DNA of 64,000 nucleotides from Antedon mediterranea (lineage: Eukaryota > Animalia > Echinodermata), in contig NC_092671.1 in NCBI RefSeq assembly GCF_964355755.1, forward strand, positions 24,998,070 to 25,062,069. The letters are read 5' to 3'. The notes under the pieces are model-generated. The model saw only the letters and a program-made list of their open reading frames with translations. It did not search any database and was not told the origin of the DNA. The number at the start of each line of letters is the position of its first letter. Position 1 is the first letter of the stretch. The translations under genes were made by a program, and so were the position numbers. Below are positions 1 to 13,997 of the stretch, one piece after another.

Positions 1-987
1 GGTTATACATTTTTTTTCTTCTTTAAATTTATGATTTTACTAAACAGTATTAAGCAAAATATTTTTATTAATTAAAATATTCTTATTAATTAAAATTTAT
101 TTAATTTATTTATTGTGGTATATTGAAAAAAGTTAACAATTTCAAAGCATTCTATAAAGTTCACCATGCTATGATTACATAAAATTGTTTGAAATTCTAA
201 AAAGTTAAAATAACAATACCAAATACAAAAAAACCATGAAAAATTCAAATCAATGAATATGCAAAAAAATTAAAAATGATATCAATTTCATCTCTGTTCC
301 ATGTGCAAGCAATAAAAAAAAAAAAGTCTATGTCATCAGCCATCATAGAATTGTTTAGAGTTTAAATGGCAGTTAAAGGTTGGTTTCCACTTGGATGCAA
401 AGCAAGGACGTAGACGCAACGCAAGCGTGTTGACCAATGACCAGCGAAATTTCGAATAATCCGTCGCTTGTGATTTGTCAACTCACTTACGTTGCATTAC
501 ATTAGCAGTTTTTAGCCCACACTCACAGATTTTCTCATCTTTATTTTATTTATTGTTATCTCAGTATTAACACTGATTGATTTAGAGTTTCTGTCATTTT
601 TTCATAAAGTAAATAAATGGAAAAACGTTAAACAATAGGGAGGTTTCACAATCTTAAGAAAACAGATACGTCACACATTTTTGAAAATTTTGAGCTGATC
701 CATATTTCATATTCGTAAAGCGTATTCGTGTTGACGAATATCACCAGTCATATTTGTAACTACAAAACGAGTATAGTTTTTAATCTAGTTTGCACATTTT
801 GCATTTGAATCAGGAATGATTCATGATTATAATATAATTGTAGATTTATTGAAAGTAATTTACTAAAAGTAATTGACTAAAATACCAGGTCAATTTTGAT
901 AAATAGCAGTTTTTAAAGTTCTCACTCGCTTTGATAGGCCTAGGCAGCTATGCCACAAACTTTACATTCTGTATTTTTTTCATACAG

Positions 988-1222
988 GCAGCACAAAAGC
1001 TCTTTGCTTACATATTTTGGTTGAGATCACAAGTCTGTATCTAAATCATAGAAACCTGCAAGTAGATGAGACAGGAGATTCACATGAGAAAGTCATATAT
1101 GAAATAATCAATCAACATGTTATGGGAAATTTAGAAAGAGTTTTGCTGGAACCGGACCCATTCCCAGTATATGCACTAAAGCTAATGTTGGCGCTTGTTG
1201 AAAGAAACCATGATTTTGTTAG
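988..1222 (+). CDS. ULK4: ULK4 kinase-like protein, C-terminal HEAT/ARM region, internal exon (gene begins upstream of the window)
   Basis: Acceptor ttttttcatacAG|988 and donor 1222|GTAAGC. Translates STKALCLHILVE...VLLEPDPFPVYALKLMLALVERNHDFVR, matching my recollection of vertebrate ULK4 LLEPDPVPAYALKLLVAMTEHN. Phase 2 fits the next exon. Confidence 0.92.
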
Positions 1223-1430
1223 GTAAGCTACCTTGATAACATTTACCTTCAGTTATGTACTTGTATCATTATTTCAATTATATCACCCTTGTTGAGTATC
1301 AGCCCTGAGCTTTAGGAGAGGATAGAGTACAAAATGTTTGGCACTACTGTACTATTATTAAATAAAAAAGATGCTAACTAAATTTCAGATGGTGCATGTA
1401 GGTTACATTATATGGGTTAAGCATGTACAC

Positions 1431-2940
1431 AACTCACATCAACTGACTGCAACTCACATCAACTGACTACAACTCACATCAACTGATTACAACTCACATC
1501 AACTGACCACAACCCACATCAACTGACCACAACCCACATCAACTGACTACAACACACATCAACTGACTACAACTCACATCAACTGACTACAACTCACATC
1601 AACTGACTACAACTCACATCAACTGACTACAACTCACATCAACTGACTACAACACACATCAACTGACTACAACTCACATCAACTGACTACAACTCACATC
1701 AACTGACGACAACACACATCAACTGACTACAACTCACATCAACTGACTACAACTCACATCAACTGACGACAACACACATCAACTGACAACAACTCACATC
1801 AACTGACTACAACTCACATCAACTGACTACAACTCACATCAACTGACGACAACACACATCAACTGACCACAACTCACATCAACTGACCACAACCCACATC
1901 AACTGACTACAACTCACATCAACTGACTACAACTCACATCAACTGACTACAACTCACATCAACTGACCACAACTCACATCAACTGACGACAACACACATC
2001 AACTGACAACAACTCACATCAACTGACAACAACTCACATCAACTGACAACAACTCACATCAACTGACCACAACCCACATCAACTGACCACAACCCACATC
2101 AACTGACCACAACACACATCAACTGACTACAACTCACATCAACTGACTACAACTCACATCAACTGACTACAACTCACATCAACTGACTACAACTCACATC
2201 AACTGACGACAACACACATCAACTGACAACAACTCACATCAACTGACGACAACTCACATCAACTGACAACAACTCACATCAACTGACAACAACTCACATC
2301 AACTGACAACAACTCACATCAACTGACAACAACTCACATCAACTGACTACAACTCACATCAACTGACCACAACTCACATCAACTGACCACAACTCACATC
2401 AACTGACCACAACTCACATCAACTCACAACAACTCACATCAACTGACAACAACTCACATCAACTGACCACAACTCACATCAACTGACCACAACTCACATC
2501 AACTGACCACAACTCACATCAACTGACCACAACTCACATCAACTGACCACAACTCACATCAACTGACAACAACTCACATCAACTGACTACAACTCACATC
2601 AACTGACTACAACTCACATCAACTGACTGCAACTCACATCAACTGACTGCAACTCACATCAACTGACTACAACTCACATCAACTGACTGCAACTCACATC
2701 AACTGACTACAACTCACATCAACTGACAACAACTCACATCAACTGACCACAACTCACATCAACTGACCACAACTCACATCAACTGACTACAACTCACATC
2801 AACTGACTGCAACTCACATCAACTGACTGCAACTCACATCAACTGACTACAACTCACATCAACTGACAACAACTCACATCAACTGACCACAACTCACATC
2901 AACTGACTACAACTCACATCAACTGACTGCAACTCATCAA
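1431..2940. repeat. 20-bp minisatellite (AACTCACATCAACTGACTAC)n, ~75 copies, in an ULK4 intron
   Basis: Directly visible; exact 20-bp register with variation at about three positions. Confidence 0.99.
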
Positions 2941-3550
2941 CTTTGAATTGTGCATAGTATTTGCTACAGTGACTACTTACCAACAGTTCATTCTATCTAC
3001 ATATTTTGTTCCATTCGGTAGCTTGAACATGGCCTTGCTCTTGCACAAATAGTTCCTTTCAGTTGAGTTAAGATCCATTCTGCATTCTTCACAGATTACT
3101 CTACAAATAATGAATGTTTATGAGTTGGATGTTGAGATATTTAATGAGGCAATTAAACCGAGTTTAAAACAGAGCAGTCAATTTTTCATCAAATGAAATA
3201 TTCTGTCCATTCAATGAATAATAATAATATTTCTTTTATAATAAATCTACTTTTATTCATCGTAAATCATCGATAAATGCTAGTCCAGGTAGCAAGGCCA
3301 TTTAAAAAGGCAGTGCTCCAACTTTAGACGCGGAGTAAAACAGTCAACAATGTCACTTGGCAAACATTCTTAAAATGTTACCGAAAGTTGCATTTGAGCA
3401 TGTTAATTATCACCATTAGATATCGCTTTTCCGTGAGATGTGTAATTAACCAATCAAATTGCATGAATATAATCAGGTGTTTTGTGATACTAACTAACGT
3501 ACATTATAAATGATTTCTACTTTTTCTACTCTATTTTTTTTCTTATACAG

Positions 3551-3702
3551 GACAATCCAAGATTTAGGCCTTCTACAGGTGTTATTTCAAGTTGTAGTTG
3601 ATCACCAGCAAGTGCCTACAAGTAGTGCAATGTGTCTTGTTCTCAACATCTTTCAGTGCTTGATAATAGAACAAAGCTGTATACCTCAGATGATTGACTT
3701 TG
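3551..3702 (+). CDS. ULK4: ULK4 internal exon
   Basis: Acceptor ttttcttatacAG|3551 and donor 3702|GTTAGT. Translates TIQDLGLLQVLFQVVVDHQQ...QMIDFG; splice phases agree with both neighbours. Confidence 0.88.
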
Positions 3703-5289
3703 GTTAGTAGGATATCTTATCACATAGTTTAGTTTAGATGGTTAAGTTTAGGCAGTGTGTGCCTTTTTAAACGAATCCGATTGGTTTTTAAATGTGTTGG
3801 TGGTTTCAGAAATGACGACTTCGGTTGGCAAACTATTCCTATGTGTAATTAATTCAATTCATCGACATTTTTATTCCTTAATCAAAATAAAAACATATAC
3901 AAATACAATACAAACTAGATTTAATTCGTCACTATGACGAATTATAGGTTATATGCATTGATTCAAATAAAGATAATTGATTGATTTAAGATATATTGAT
4001 TGATTGATTTTCTCAGAATCATTAGTTATTTATAATATATGACAGGATCTTGCTAACGCAAATACAATAGCCGGTATCATAATCCGATCAAAGATCTTTC
4101 TGCGTATATAATGTCATAAACCACATTTGTGTTTTTATTTAGATTTCATTATAAATCATGTGTATAATCTATACACTAAGAAATATAATTGAACAACCAA
4201 TACGGATAATAAAAAAAATCTTATTTCGTTTGGTTTCCCAAGGTGAGACTCGAACTCGGTACTTGACTGCTATAGACACGAGCAAAGACCACCGAGCCAT
4301 ACACAACTGACTAAAAGTTATGGAAAAATTCCTCCGTGTATTTACTATGCAGTAACCACTTTGGTGCAGATAGATTATTACATACCGCAATGAATTATAA
4401 TGTTTTACTATGATGACATCTTTAAAAATTTAAAAAAATGATGCACTGTCAAACTATATACTTTTAACTTTAATATATGAACTTCTTAAGGAAGAAAGTT
4501 AATGTTAAGTTTGTTATTTTGGCCTAAGAATATGTTATAATTTGTTTGATTGTCGAAGTTAATTTTGTTAAATTTAATATGCCATTAATGATGACTTAAT
4601 CAACTTTTGTTCTTCTAATTTCATAATAAATCATACATATGATACATACACTTCAAGAAAATTAAATAAAAAATAGATGTTCCCGAGCATTGTAACGATA
4701 TATATTAATTTTAAAATTTAGTATATTTTCACCATTTTGTTAACTTACACGTGCGTAGCCTGTCACTTTTGACGTGCTCGTATAACGCTGTTTCGCGTTG
4801 AAAAGTGAATAAAATATGATGATATTATTAAAGAAAGGTTATACAACAGTAATCGGACAAAAACAGTGCGCATTAACGTTTGACGCGCAGTGCGCATGCA
4901 ATAATCTGCGCACTCATGGCAATTTTTTAAACGCTTAAAATTGCCTGAAACGTACTCTAATTTCATCGAAAATAAATTCTGACAATTTTCAACATTTTAA
5001 GCGCGCGTACGCATGCGTTATATGCGCTACGCACGTAATTGTATTGCCATATGATGAAATATGACCTGAAATTTATGAGTACCAAATTTTGTTTAATTGT
5101 GATTCATGCTTGTGAAGATATGATTACAAACGTGATTTCGTTAAATCGCGCGTAGACCGCGTAATTTTTGATTGCGCATCGTGAAAACATAACCACATCG
5201 ATTCCTGGCCATAAGGAATATACTCTGAAAAATTGACTTAGTTAGATGAAACTGATATCAAGATAATTGACGGACAAATAGTGCTAAGG

Positions 5290-5912
5290 AAAGAATAAAT
5301 AAATAAATAAATAAAGAAATAAATAAAGATTCTGACAGAATCAAGAGGTTATATGCATGAATGCATGCATATAACCTAATAATAAGATAATGGAATGGGA
5401 TACAAAATAAGCACAAGTGCTTTAAGCATGTAACCCTAACAAAAAGATCAAACAATTAGTACAAACAAAAAGAACAAACCAAAATAACATAATGTGATTT
5501 ACTTAACTTAAATATTTCTATTGTTATAATATTGCTTTAATCTCTGTTTAAACAAACTTAAAGTGGGGGATTGTTTTATATAGTCTGTTAAATTGTTCCA
5601 AATATGTGTTCCTTGGTAGGAAATACATTGCTGTCCGACTTTGGTGCGTTTTAGTTGTGGACAGTAGTTTGACCTGTTTCTAGTTGAGTAATTATGGAAT
5701 GAGGCAGATGTACTAAATAAGTTATTAAATGATTCAGGTAATAGATTATGTTTATATTGATACATAAATATAGCAGTGTGTTTCGTATAAAGGTCAAAAA
5801 TATTTAATGTTTGGGTCGAAATAAAAAGTGGATGAGAAGGATGCATAAAATGAACATGACAAATATTTCTAAGTGCTTTTTTCTGGAGAATATGTATACG
5901 GTTTAAGTTTGT
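5290..5912 (-). mobile_element. LINE (L2/Crack-like) 3' fragment with tail
   Basis: LQKKALRNI...HPSHPLF...HNYSTR...ISYQGTHIWNNL; short tandem AT-rich tail at ~5294-5325. Confidence 0.8.
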
Positions 5913-5919
5913 AAGTGGA

Positions 5920-6175
5920 TCTCTTACAGTTCAATCTTTTGTGAAATTTTGGTTTGTCTAAACTGATGTCCTCGTGTATTTCTGCTTACATTGCATATCA
6001 TTTGAAAGATGTCTTCCGTGGCTAAACCATTGAAACCTTTGACAATTTTGAATGTGATCAAGTTACCACAAATTCGTCTGTCATACAGGGTTGATAGGCC
6101 AAGAAACTTTAAACGATCTTCATATGAATAAGAATGGATAGCTGGAATTAGTTTGGTCGCACGATGTTCAAGTGC
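5920..6175 (-). mobile_element. LINE (CR1-like) 3' fragment
   Basis: Manual translation RATKLIP...SYEDRLKFLGLSTLYDRRICGNLI. Confidence 0.7.
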
Positions 6176-6543
6176 GGTTATGTGTTTTTGGAGAGAAGGA
6201 TTCCATACCTGGACACAAAATAGGGTTGTGTCCTTTTATGCTGCTCCTTTCGGCCGCTAACGTCAATAGGACAGAAGCTGTGTGCAATGAAAGAATGTTT
6301 AAATAGTTTCCATTTTCCAATCTTAAAATATTTGAGCGCAAATTGGAAACATGAGAGTGCCTTCAATAGGTGACACTTCCCTAGTAAAATAGGATCATTG
6401 AAAAGGTGAGGTCAGATTGCATTGTTACTGCCGGATAGTGTGAGCTTCAGATGTTCAGATGCATGTATGAAATTGTATTTTAACATACCTTTTAAACAAA
6501 CATTTGTTTACACTAATTTTAGTTTAATTTAATTGTTTCCCAG

Positions 6544-6710
6544 GTTTGGTTAAATACATAGTTGAGTTATTCAATGGGGCATCTCACTTACTTGAAAGAC
6601 AAGATGAGAAATCAGACAACAAATCTGCATACATCTTAGTACAGTGTCTGTTGGAGACGTTAAATGCTATTCTCAAACATGTTGCTGGGGTTGTGAGACA
6701 GGTTCTTCAG
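6544..6710 (+). CDS. ULK4: ULK4 internal exon
   Basis: Acceptor tttcccAG|6544 and donor CAG|GTAAAC. Translates GLVKYIVELF...LLETLNAILKHVAGVVRQVLQ (compare ULK4 GLVSHICNLL...SGIVRLALQ). Confidence 0.9.
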
Positions 6711-7700
6711 GTAAACTCTTTAATTTATATCAACATTATAATCTTATCTTCTTGTAGTCTCTTTAACCAATAAACTGTTGCTGTATAGTTATTATTTCTT
6801 CATTGTACTTCTTAGCTCATCTCGAGTGGATATGCAGTTCTTACGTCAATTCTTTATTCCTCCACTATACATATATATTTGATATAATTACATGACCATG
6901 TTGATCCCTTTAAAACTTCTCCCGATCTACTCTTATTATACATGTGAAGTTAAAAATCAACACTCATCCAACGCCTGTGGGTTTACAATATTTCTGCCTT
7001 TATCCATATGGTCTACACAAGAGAATCTTCATAATCAAATCAAGAACTAATTAGCATATCAATATACACCTGTTTGGACTATTTAATTATGTTTTTAATC
7101 ATTGACAACATTTACATGTGATTTACATTTACTACTATAATCACATTTTTAATTTGTTTGTTTAATTCATAATTATTAATTTTTCTTGTCACCAGATAAC
7201 CATGAACCTTTTTTTATCATGTTCATCATATACAATTATCGATATGTTTGTGTCATAATATATTTTGTTTTTGTTGTTTCAACAATAATAAAGATTTATT
7301 ATAGTGTATAAAAATATACATCAAACACAAAAGCAGCCGCTAAAGCATAAAATACATCATTATTCCAATACTTGGAAAGATAAATAAAGGTTTATTATAT
7401 TGTGTAACACATAAATAAACAACCCACAATTCTTTTTAAATTGTATTATATGTGATATTATTCTATTAATAGTTTAATAACTATCTAGCTGTAGAGGAAG
7501 ACCAGTTGAAAGACTAAAGAAAATATAGACGAAAAAAAATACAGAATTTCTTGAAAACAAAATTACACTGGCCCACTTGAAACGCACCTTGCCCACGAAA
7601 AGAATAAATGGTACAAAATAGTAGAACGCGCTATGTCTATTACGAAAATGAAGCATATCTTAATATAGTTTAATAACTTGTTTTATGTTTGTTTTCCTAG

Positions 7701-7793
7701 GCCAAGCAAGATAGAAAAGAGACAAATGTAGCTGAGGACCTTTTACTGAGTTTAAAACCAGCAATTCAGCTAACAGACAACCTAACAGCTTTG
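7701..7793 (+). CDS. ULK4: ULK4 internal exon (93 nt, absent from the ORF track)
   Basis: Acceptor ttttcctAG|7701 and donor TTG|GTAATC. Translates AKQDRKETNVAEDLLLSLKPAIQLTDNLTAL (compare ULK4 AAEDLLLLNRPL). Confidence 0.9.
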
Positions 7794-7956
7794 GTAATCA
7801 AATGATTAATAGTATTTTGGAATGGGTTAGGGTGAAGGGTTTTTTAATCTTATAGTCTATTGAAAGTGATTTGAAAAAGTTGATAATTTCATTGTGCCTG
7901 TCAAAGGAGAACGTGCAATATCCCATGTAAAAAATAGAAATATAGTTGACTAATGA

Positions 7957-8303
7957 AAACAAGCATGAATGTGCGATACTCGGGGTACAGCAAAAGAAGC
8001 TGTAATGACGTCATAAGACCGGATGTAAAGTCACATACACATCAATAACCTCGCTACCAAATACGGCTATACGGTACCATCTTCGAGACGTGATATGGCT
8101 GCATCCGGTTTGAAATTAAAAAATCCAGCTCTATAAATTTGAGGACATGTTCCTGTAGTATACCCATGCCAAATCCCAGCTCAATACTACAATGAAAAAG
8201 TAAGGAGTAGTACTTTATAAATCGCATTTTTTACTCAATAGTGTCCAGATGGAAGAAAAAGAGAAGATGAGCAAGTCCTAGACTCGGGTACCCCAACTAA
8301 AAA
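7957..8303 (-). mobile_element. Second copy of the Helentron/DINE-like family, with a different interior, in an ULK4 intron
   Basis: 7957-8005 is the reverse complement of ~55305-55353, and 8117-8303 of ~54651-54835. Confidence 0.75.
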
Positions 8304-8658
8304 CTAATATAAAAAGAGTTATGCGAACTTTGACTTAAGAATTTGTAAAAAAAAAATGCAAAAATATTACTAGCCTCGATACGGATAAGCCTACTTACGT
8401 GATACATTGCAGCCCGCATGCTAAACCTTTCAATTAAGTTTGCTTAGCTAGTTTGGCCCTATTAAATGCTATGCCTAAATTTTAACGGTAATGTAGGCCG
8501 CTACTACAGTAACAGAATATAAATTCATGCAAAAAATGGGTAACCACAAAATGCCGCTCAACAACGCTAGTAACTCCTATTGTACATACTAGTGCGAGTT
8601 TGCAGTTATTTTAGTAATTACCTTTTATTAAATAAAGTTATGTTTTTTCTTTTTCAAG

Positions 8659-8841
8659 ATTTGCGTTTGCGAGAATGATAGCCAACTATTGGCTTGTAAT
8701 TGTCTTTCTCTATTGGCTCAGCTGTATGGAGGCGAGTATGAGCATTCTATGTCTGTCCAGAATATGGACAATTTAGCAGTGGCACTCCGCAAGGTAGATG
8801 TGAAGAAGCAGAAGATTCTTCTACGGTTTGTTAAAAGAATG
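8659..8841 (+). CDS. ULK4: ULK4 penultimate coding exon (absent from the ORF track)
   Basis: Acceptor ttttcaAG|8659 and donor ATG|GTAAGA. Translates ...CLSLLAQLYGGEYEHSMSVQN...KKQKILLRFVKRM (compare ULK4 CLSILVQLYGGE...KEQKLLLRILRRM). Confidence 0.93.
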
Positions 8842-9096
8842 GTAAGAAGAATTGTTAAGAGATAAATATACAAGCATAATAAAGCAATCTGCAATTGTTG
8901 CTGTAACAATTAAATGGATTCGTATGGAAGAGCAGGATATATCTATATTATAGTGCTAATAACTGGAATCCTGGACGATTCAACCCAGGGACTATTCCGC
9001 CCGGGATGACCCACTTTTGTTTTGATGACTCGGGGCCCACTTGGGCCAAACTAATGATTGTTAATTTACAGTTTTGTGGTATTCAGTTTTTTACTA

Positions 9097-9703
9097 GGGG
9101 TTTGCTGAGCAGAAATAATCGATTATTAATCGTTTATTTTTTTAATCAATTATTTTTGGGCAGCAGTGGACCGAATAACAATCAAATGTTAAACATTTGA
9201 TTTTTATTATTTTGTGGGGGAGAATTATACCGAGAGACTCCAGGATTCTGCGTTACAAGTACACCGTTACATCCCACCAGTCCTTTTAGGCCTGTTGTAG
9301 AGACATAGCTAGGCTGGGCCTAGAGTAGACGGCGAAACAAACTTTTCTCGCCGACATGTCCTTATTAATATAACATCATTATTCTGTTGTATGTGGTACG
9401 GTAGTAGGCCTAGATGTTTATTTTACAAATAATATAGCTTTACGAGTTCAATTTTTAATTTTTAATCCTACATGTGAGAGTTTTAGGCAGCGATAGAATG
9501 TAAACAAACCAACTCTCATTGGTCTTCCATAACTTGAACTGCGCTGTGGGTATGGATGACGTGATTTTTAAAAAGCGATTACCAGATAACCGATTAACGT
9601 CAGAGAAAATTTTCGGTTGCAACGCGATCAGTTCTGTGGTTTGTGGTAAAAAATGTGGTTTAGGAAAAATCGATATTTTTTTTTTTTCAGCAGAAACCGA
9701 CCC
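9097..9703. mobile_element. Internally deleted copy of the 16561-17420 MITE in the last ULK4 intron
   Basis: Long near-identical stretches shared with 16860-17420, e.g. GAGAGACTCCAGGATTCTG and AAAAAGCGATTACCAGATAACCGATTAA. Confidence 0.85.
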
Positions 9704-9738
9704 AATAACTAAAAAATAAATGTTCAATGTCATTTCAG

Positions 9739-9894
9739 ATTACAACAGAGAAAAACCATGCAGAACAGCTATTAGCAGAGGGTGGCAAGCTAATTGATAC
9801 ACTAAACTGGCTTGTTCATAATGCTAACTGCCAGGCTGATGTGGCTGTCTCTTCACTTGCTAGTGATATTCTGAAAACTGCAGATGTTAAATAA
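9739..9894 (+). CDS. ULK4: ULK4 last coding exon
   Basis: Acceptor catttcAG|9739. Translates ITTEKNHAEQL...ADVAVSSLASDILKTADVK, TAA at 9892-9894 (compare ULK4 ITSNEKH...ADSAVAPLALEIL). Confidence 0.92.
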   Translation: MTTEKNHAEQLLAEGGKLIDTLNWLVHNANCQADVAVSSLASDILKTADVK

Positions 9895-12800
9895 TTTAAA
9901 CTAAAGTATGTTCACCAATCTTTAAAGACGTTTATTTCAGTTTTGTTGGCATCTTTGCCATTAAACATAAGAATACAGTAGAATAGATTCAGTTTACAAT
10001 ATACTGTATTAAAGTGCTTAACAAAATGTCTGGTTTTTCAGTTTGTTTTTGTAATAATTTGGTAAGACCAGTTTTGGAGAAGTTGACATTAAAGAAAATT
10101 AATATAGCATAAACTTCAAGAAATTAAATACATGTATTATTATACCAGATGTACAAATGAGTAACTGGTTAGCTCAAAGCAGCAACTGCGCTGATCAAAA
10201 TAACCAAAGTAATAATTAAAATAAATGTGAAAAAGCATTATTTGAACACAGTATATGGAAGTTGCTAAAATGAATATGATGAATACATATTATTACTGTA
10301 TTATTGTTATTGTTATATTATGAGTACTGTATAAGAAATGAGTCAGAAAATGTATTTATTAGATTTTTCAATAACTGTATTTGTACAAAGATTATTAATT
10401 TTAATTTTTCTAGGGATCATTACGGAAATGTGCAGTATTTGTTACCATTCCAACCCTGAATGTTCAAACTTCAATCCTTTGCACCTTGAATGAATACATT
10501 TGTACATTACATTAGTGTTTTTCTGTAACATATTGTAAATGTTATTATTGCTGTTATGTTGTGTATTGCTTATTTATTTTCAATGATACAGTTTACTATT
10601 TTATAGTGTTTCAATCGTTTCGTTTTATAAAAATATTAATATCATTTATTCAGTACAGAACTACAAGTAATGGATATTTATGAGTAGAATGGATAGAATA
10701 TTTATGAGTAGAATGGATAGGATATTTTTATTGACATTTTGGCTTACATGAATTACGAGAGTATAATTCATTAAATCCATTTAATCTTTTTTTTCGGAAT
10801 CTCTGGTCCATAGAAAGTAAAATATAAATATATAATATATCACTTAAACTTAAAAGCTACTCAAAATTATGAGAGTGGACTAAAAAGTGATTTGTATTGG
10901 AGATGTTGTTTGGTGGTTAACACTCTTGCCTTATTTCAATCCCAAGGGTTCCATCCTGACTTACTGTCTCATGACTCTTTGAACAAAACCCCCAAGCCTC
11001 AAATGACACTTAGTTTGTAAGCATGAACAATTTACGTTATTCGACACTATCGTTAACAATAATCGGCAATCTTCTACGTAAACATTGAAATGTTAACGAT
11101 TTACAGGAAAAGGTAGTCGCTATTGTCATCATTTCAAACGATCGTCATTGAACTGTTAACGATCAACGACGAAAACAGGCTTAAAATTGTTTGTCTATCC
11201 TTGCTAGCTGTTGGATGTGTAGGAAATTTAAAATAAAAGTAATTAACCAATCAAATAATAAGGATACAATGTGTACAAACCAATATTTCAAATTTTATTA
11301 TTTGTAATGACAATTTATTTTCAGTCTGTGTTGTTGTTATACATTCTGTATCTTATCTGGTATTAACTGACCAATTGTAGTAATCAAATAGCGCGCAACT
11401 ATTCTTTCCTCCCGAGATTTCACAAAGTTCATGTATGCGTGTGTGAAAACATGTAATAAGTCAGGAGATCAAACCTGGTTACAACTTGTTACAAGTTGTA
11501 ACAATTTATACAGATGTGAAAAGGTTATAAGTGAAATCACAGACCAAATAAAATCGATAAAGGTGGCTGACAAACGTTTGCCTTTTATTGGACTTTGTTA
11601 CATATTTTGTATTTTCTATGGAATATTGTGTCCCTTTAAAATCAGTACTGTGATACTAAATGCGTATCAAATAAAGCGAAAAAAACAATTGCTACTCTGA
11701 TCACTTTATTAAAAATCCTATTATGGAAGTTGTTACAATATGAAACCACTTTGTAGGTGTGGACATTATAACGTCTTTCTACACTATCAAACTAGTTTGA
11801 CAAAGAATGTGTGATGTGCCCAAATATAGTAGTGATATGACATCATCATGTCCATATATGGGCATCACAATTTGTTCGATAGTGTAGACAGAGTTGCTTT
11901 AGAACTGTGTTTTGATTATTGCATTATTGCATTATTGCGATTAAGTAATTCATTTGTGTAATGTTGTAATTTAACATTTACTATTTCAATATCACTTTCT
12001 ATTTAAGAAATAGTGCCTCACTTTTAGTTTACTGTGACTATCTACATTCCATAAAGTTTGTTTATTTAAATTACTAATTATTTAATACAAGATTTGCTAT
12101 TAAATTGTAATGACTTTATAAAATTGAAATGTGCTCATTATTTAAAGGAACATTTTGCTGTCTTGACTTTCGGTCGACTGGACATTTTGCTGACGGGGCA
12201 TTTTGTACATCAGGACATTTTGTCGAACATTTTTTATTTTTTTTGTCAACAGACAACTGACCAATTCAACAACTGGCTCAATGTCCGGTCGGAAAAATGG
12301 TCAGTAGTCTGTGTAGTGGTAAAGTAAAATGTCCCGTCACAAAAGCATGACATTTTTTATGCTTATATACTGATTTGTAAAAAAGTATTGACCATTTGTA
12401 ATTTATAATTAAAATGTATATTGGTGAAAGTAAATCTCTAGTTATTTAGAATATGCCAAAATCGATCTTTTTGTTGCCAGAATGTTATTTAAAGAATAAA
12501 ATAAATGGTATATAGTAATCAATTCTCTATTGCCGTACCATACCAGCCCAATCTTGAGGAATAATGCTATTTTTTTTTTTACTGGTACTTGCAGACAAAT
12601 TTCTATTACTCTTTTTCAGAATTGCGTTTTTCTGATTGTGGGTAGGATCATTAATATATTTTACATACAACCTATAATTATTGGGTATAGAATTGTAATA
12701 ATACTTAAATATTATATTACAGTGATGTATGATTTTTAAATAGTAATATAACAAGAGCAATAAGAGAGTTGGAACCTCCATCAGAGAAAAAGGGTCGAGA

Positions 12801-13714
12801 ATCGTGACAGATTAGTTAAATAATAAATGTGGTCAAGAATTGGGATCCTGATCCAGATTGTCTCTTTAATTTAATGGAGTCTTCTGTGGCCACATATCTA
12901 TCTGTAGTTTAGATGGGGTATGTAGCTACATGTCATTAATAATGCCAAAGACGTGGCGTAGTGAACTGCGTTATTAATGCGACTGCCTATTTCACATGCA
13001 AGGCGTATGCCAAGGCTTACACCTTCATACGTGTCAACAAGCTCCTTGGGCTGTGATTTCCCATGATTAGCACCTTATTATTATAGTAACTATAGTATAG
13101 TAAGGTGTTGCACAGAAAAAAACAACCAAATGATCTGAATAATATTTGTTAATAAATGAATGATTTAAAATAACAATACAATAACATAAAGTAACAATTT
13201 CTATGTTTTTATTTTCCTGTTGAAACAGAGTTTAACTGATTCTGCTCTTAAAAAATTAACCAATAATTATCTCATTCAAATCAGATGTGAACTAATGTTT
13301 TACAAATTGTTGCGTTGTTATTGAGCGTTTGTTGTTACGGCAATTATTGATCTTGCTCACTTGATTTTTTATTCATTTTTATTTCATTTATTTATTTGAT
13401 CAACAAACCGTATTGTAAAATATAGAGAGATGAATTGGTCAGGGACTGCTCAAGTAAACAAGATTACTATAACTTCAGTCAGCAGTCCCGTGATCTTAAC
13501 TAAAATTAATTTATAATAAACAACAAAGAGATCATGTTCCAAATATGAGCACTGTTTCTTTTTTCTAATTTAACCATGGAGGTATAAAATAGACCTCCAT
13601 GATTTAACAGTATAATTTATATATAAAAATAAAACAAGTATTTAATATATTCAAAATATATGACTGTAAATACGCCCCAAAAAAATAAATGAATTTAAGA
13701 TAATTATCAAGAAG

Positions 13715-13997
13715 AAAAGAGCCAATAGATTAATTATCTGATTGGTTAAACAATTGACAAATCATTGTGTTATTCCAATAATTACGTACTTTATAAATTA
13801 GCTTTAACAGTATAACTTTTAGTTAGGTACTTACTATTGTAGAGGGCGATATTTTAAAAACACCAAAAACACCACCACACTGTAGATCTGTTACCGTACT
13901 TATTTTTGCCGTGAGAAACAGCTTGAGAATTTTCGTTGTACTGTACCAAAACTAAAGTTGTTGTGATGATTTTTGTAAATGGAAATTAAGAAAAATG
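13715..13997 (+). promoter_or_regulatory. Probable promoter and non-coding first exon of the FRS2/3 gene
   Basis: Clustered CCAAT boxes (gCCAATa ~13722, ATTGG ~13741, CCAAT ~13775), then a strong donor ATG|GTAAGC at 13997/13998. The FRS2 start-codon exon begins with an acceptor, so it needs an upstream exon. The link between them is inferred. Confidence 0.5.

Noticed and set aside
9455-9733. ORFs 9455-9733, 9519-9719 and the similar 17268-17492 as a duplicated small gene
   Set aside because: They are chance frames inside two copies of the same MITE.
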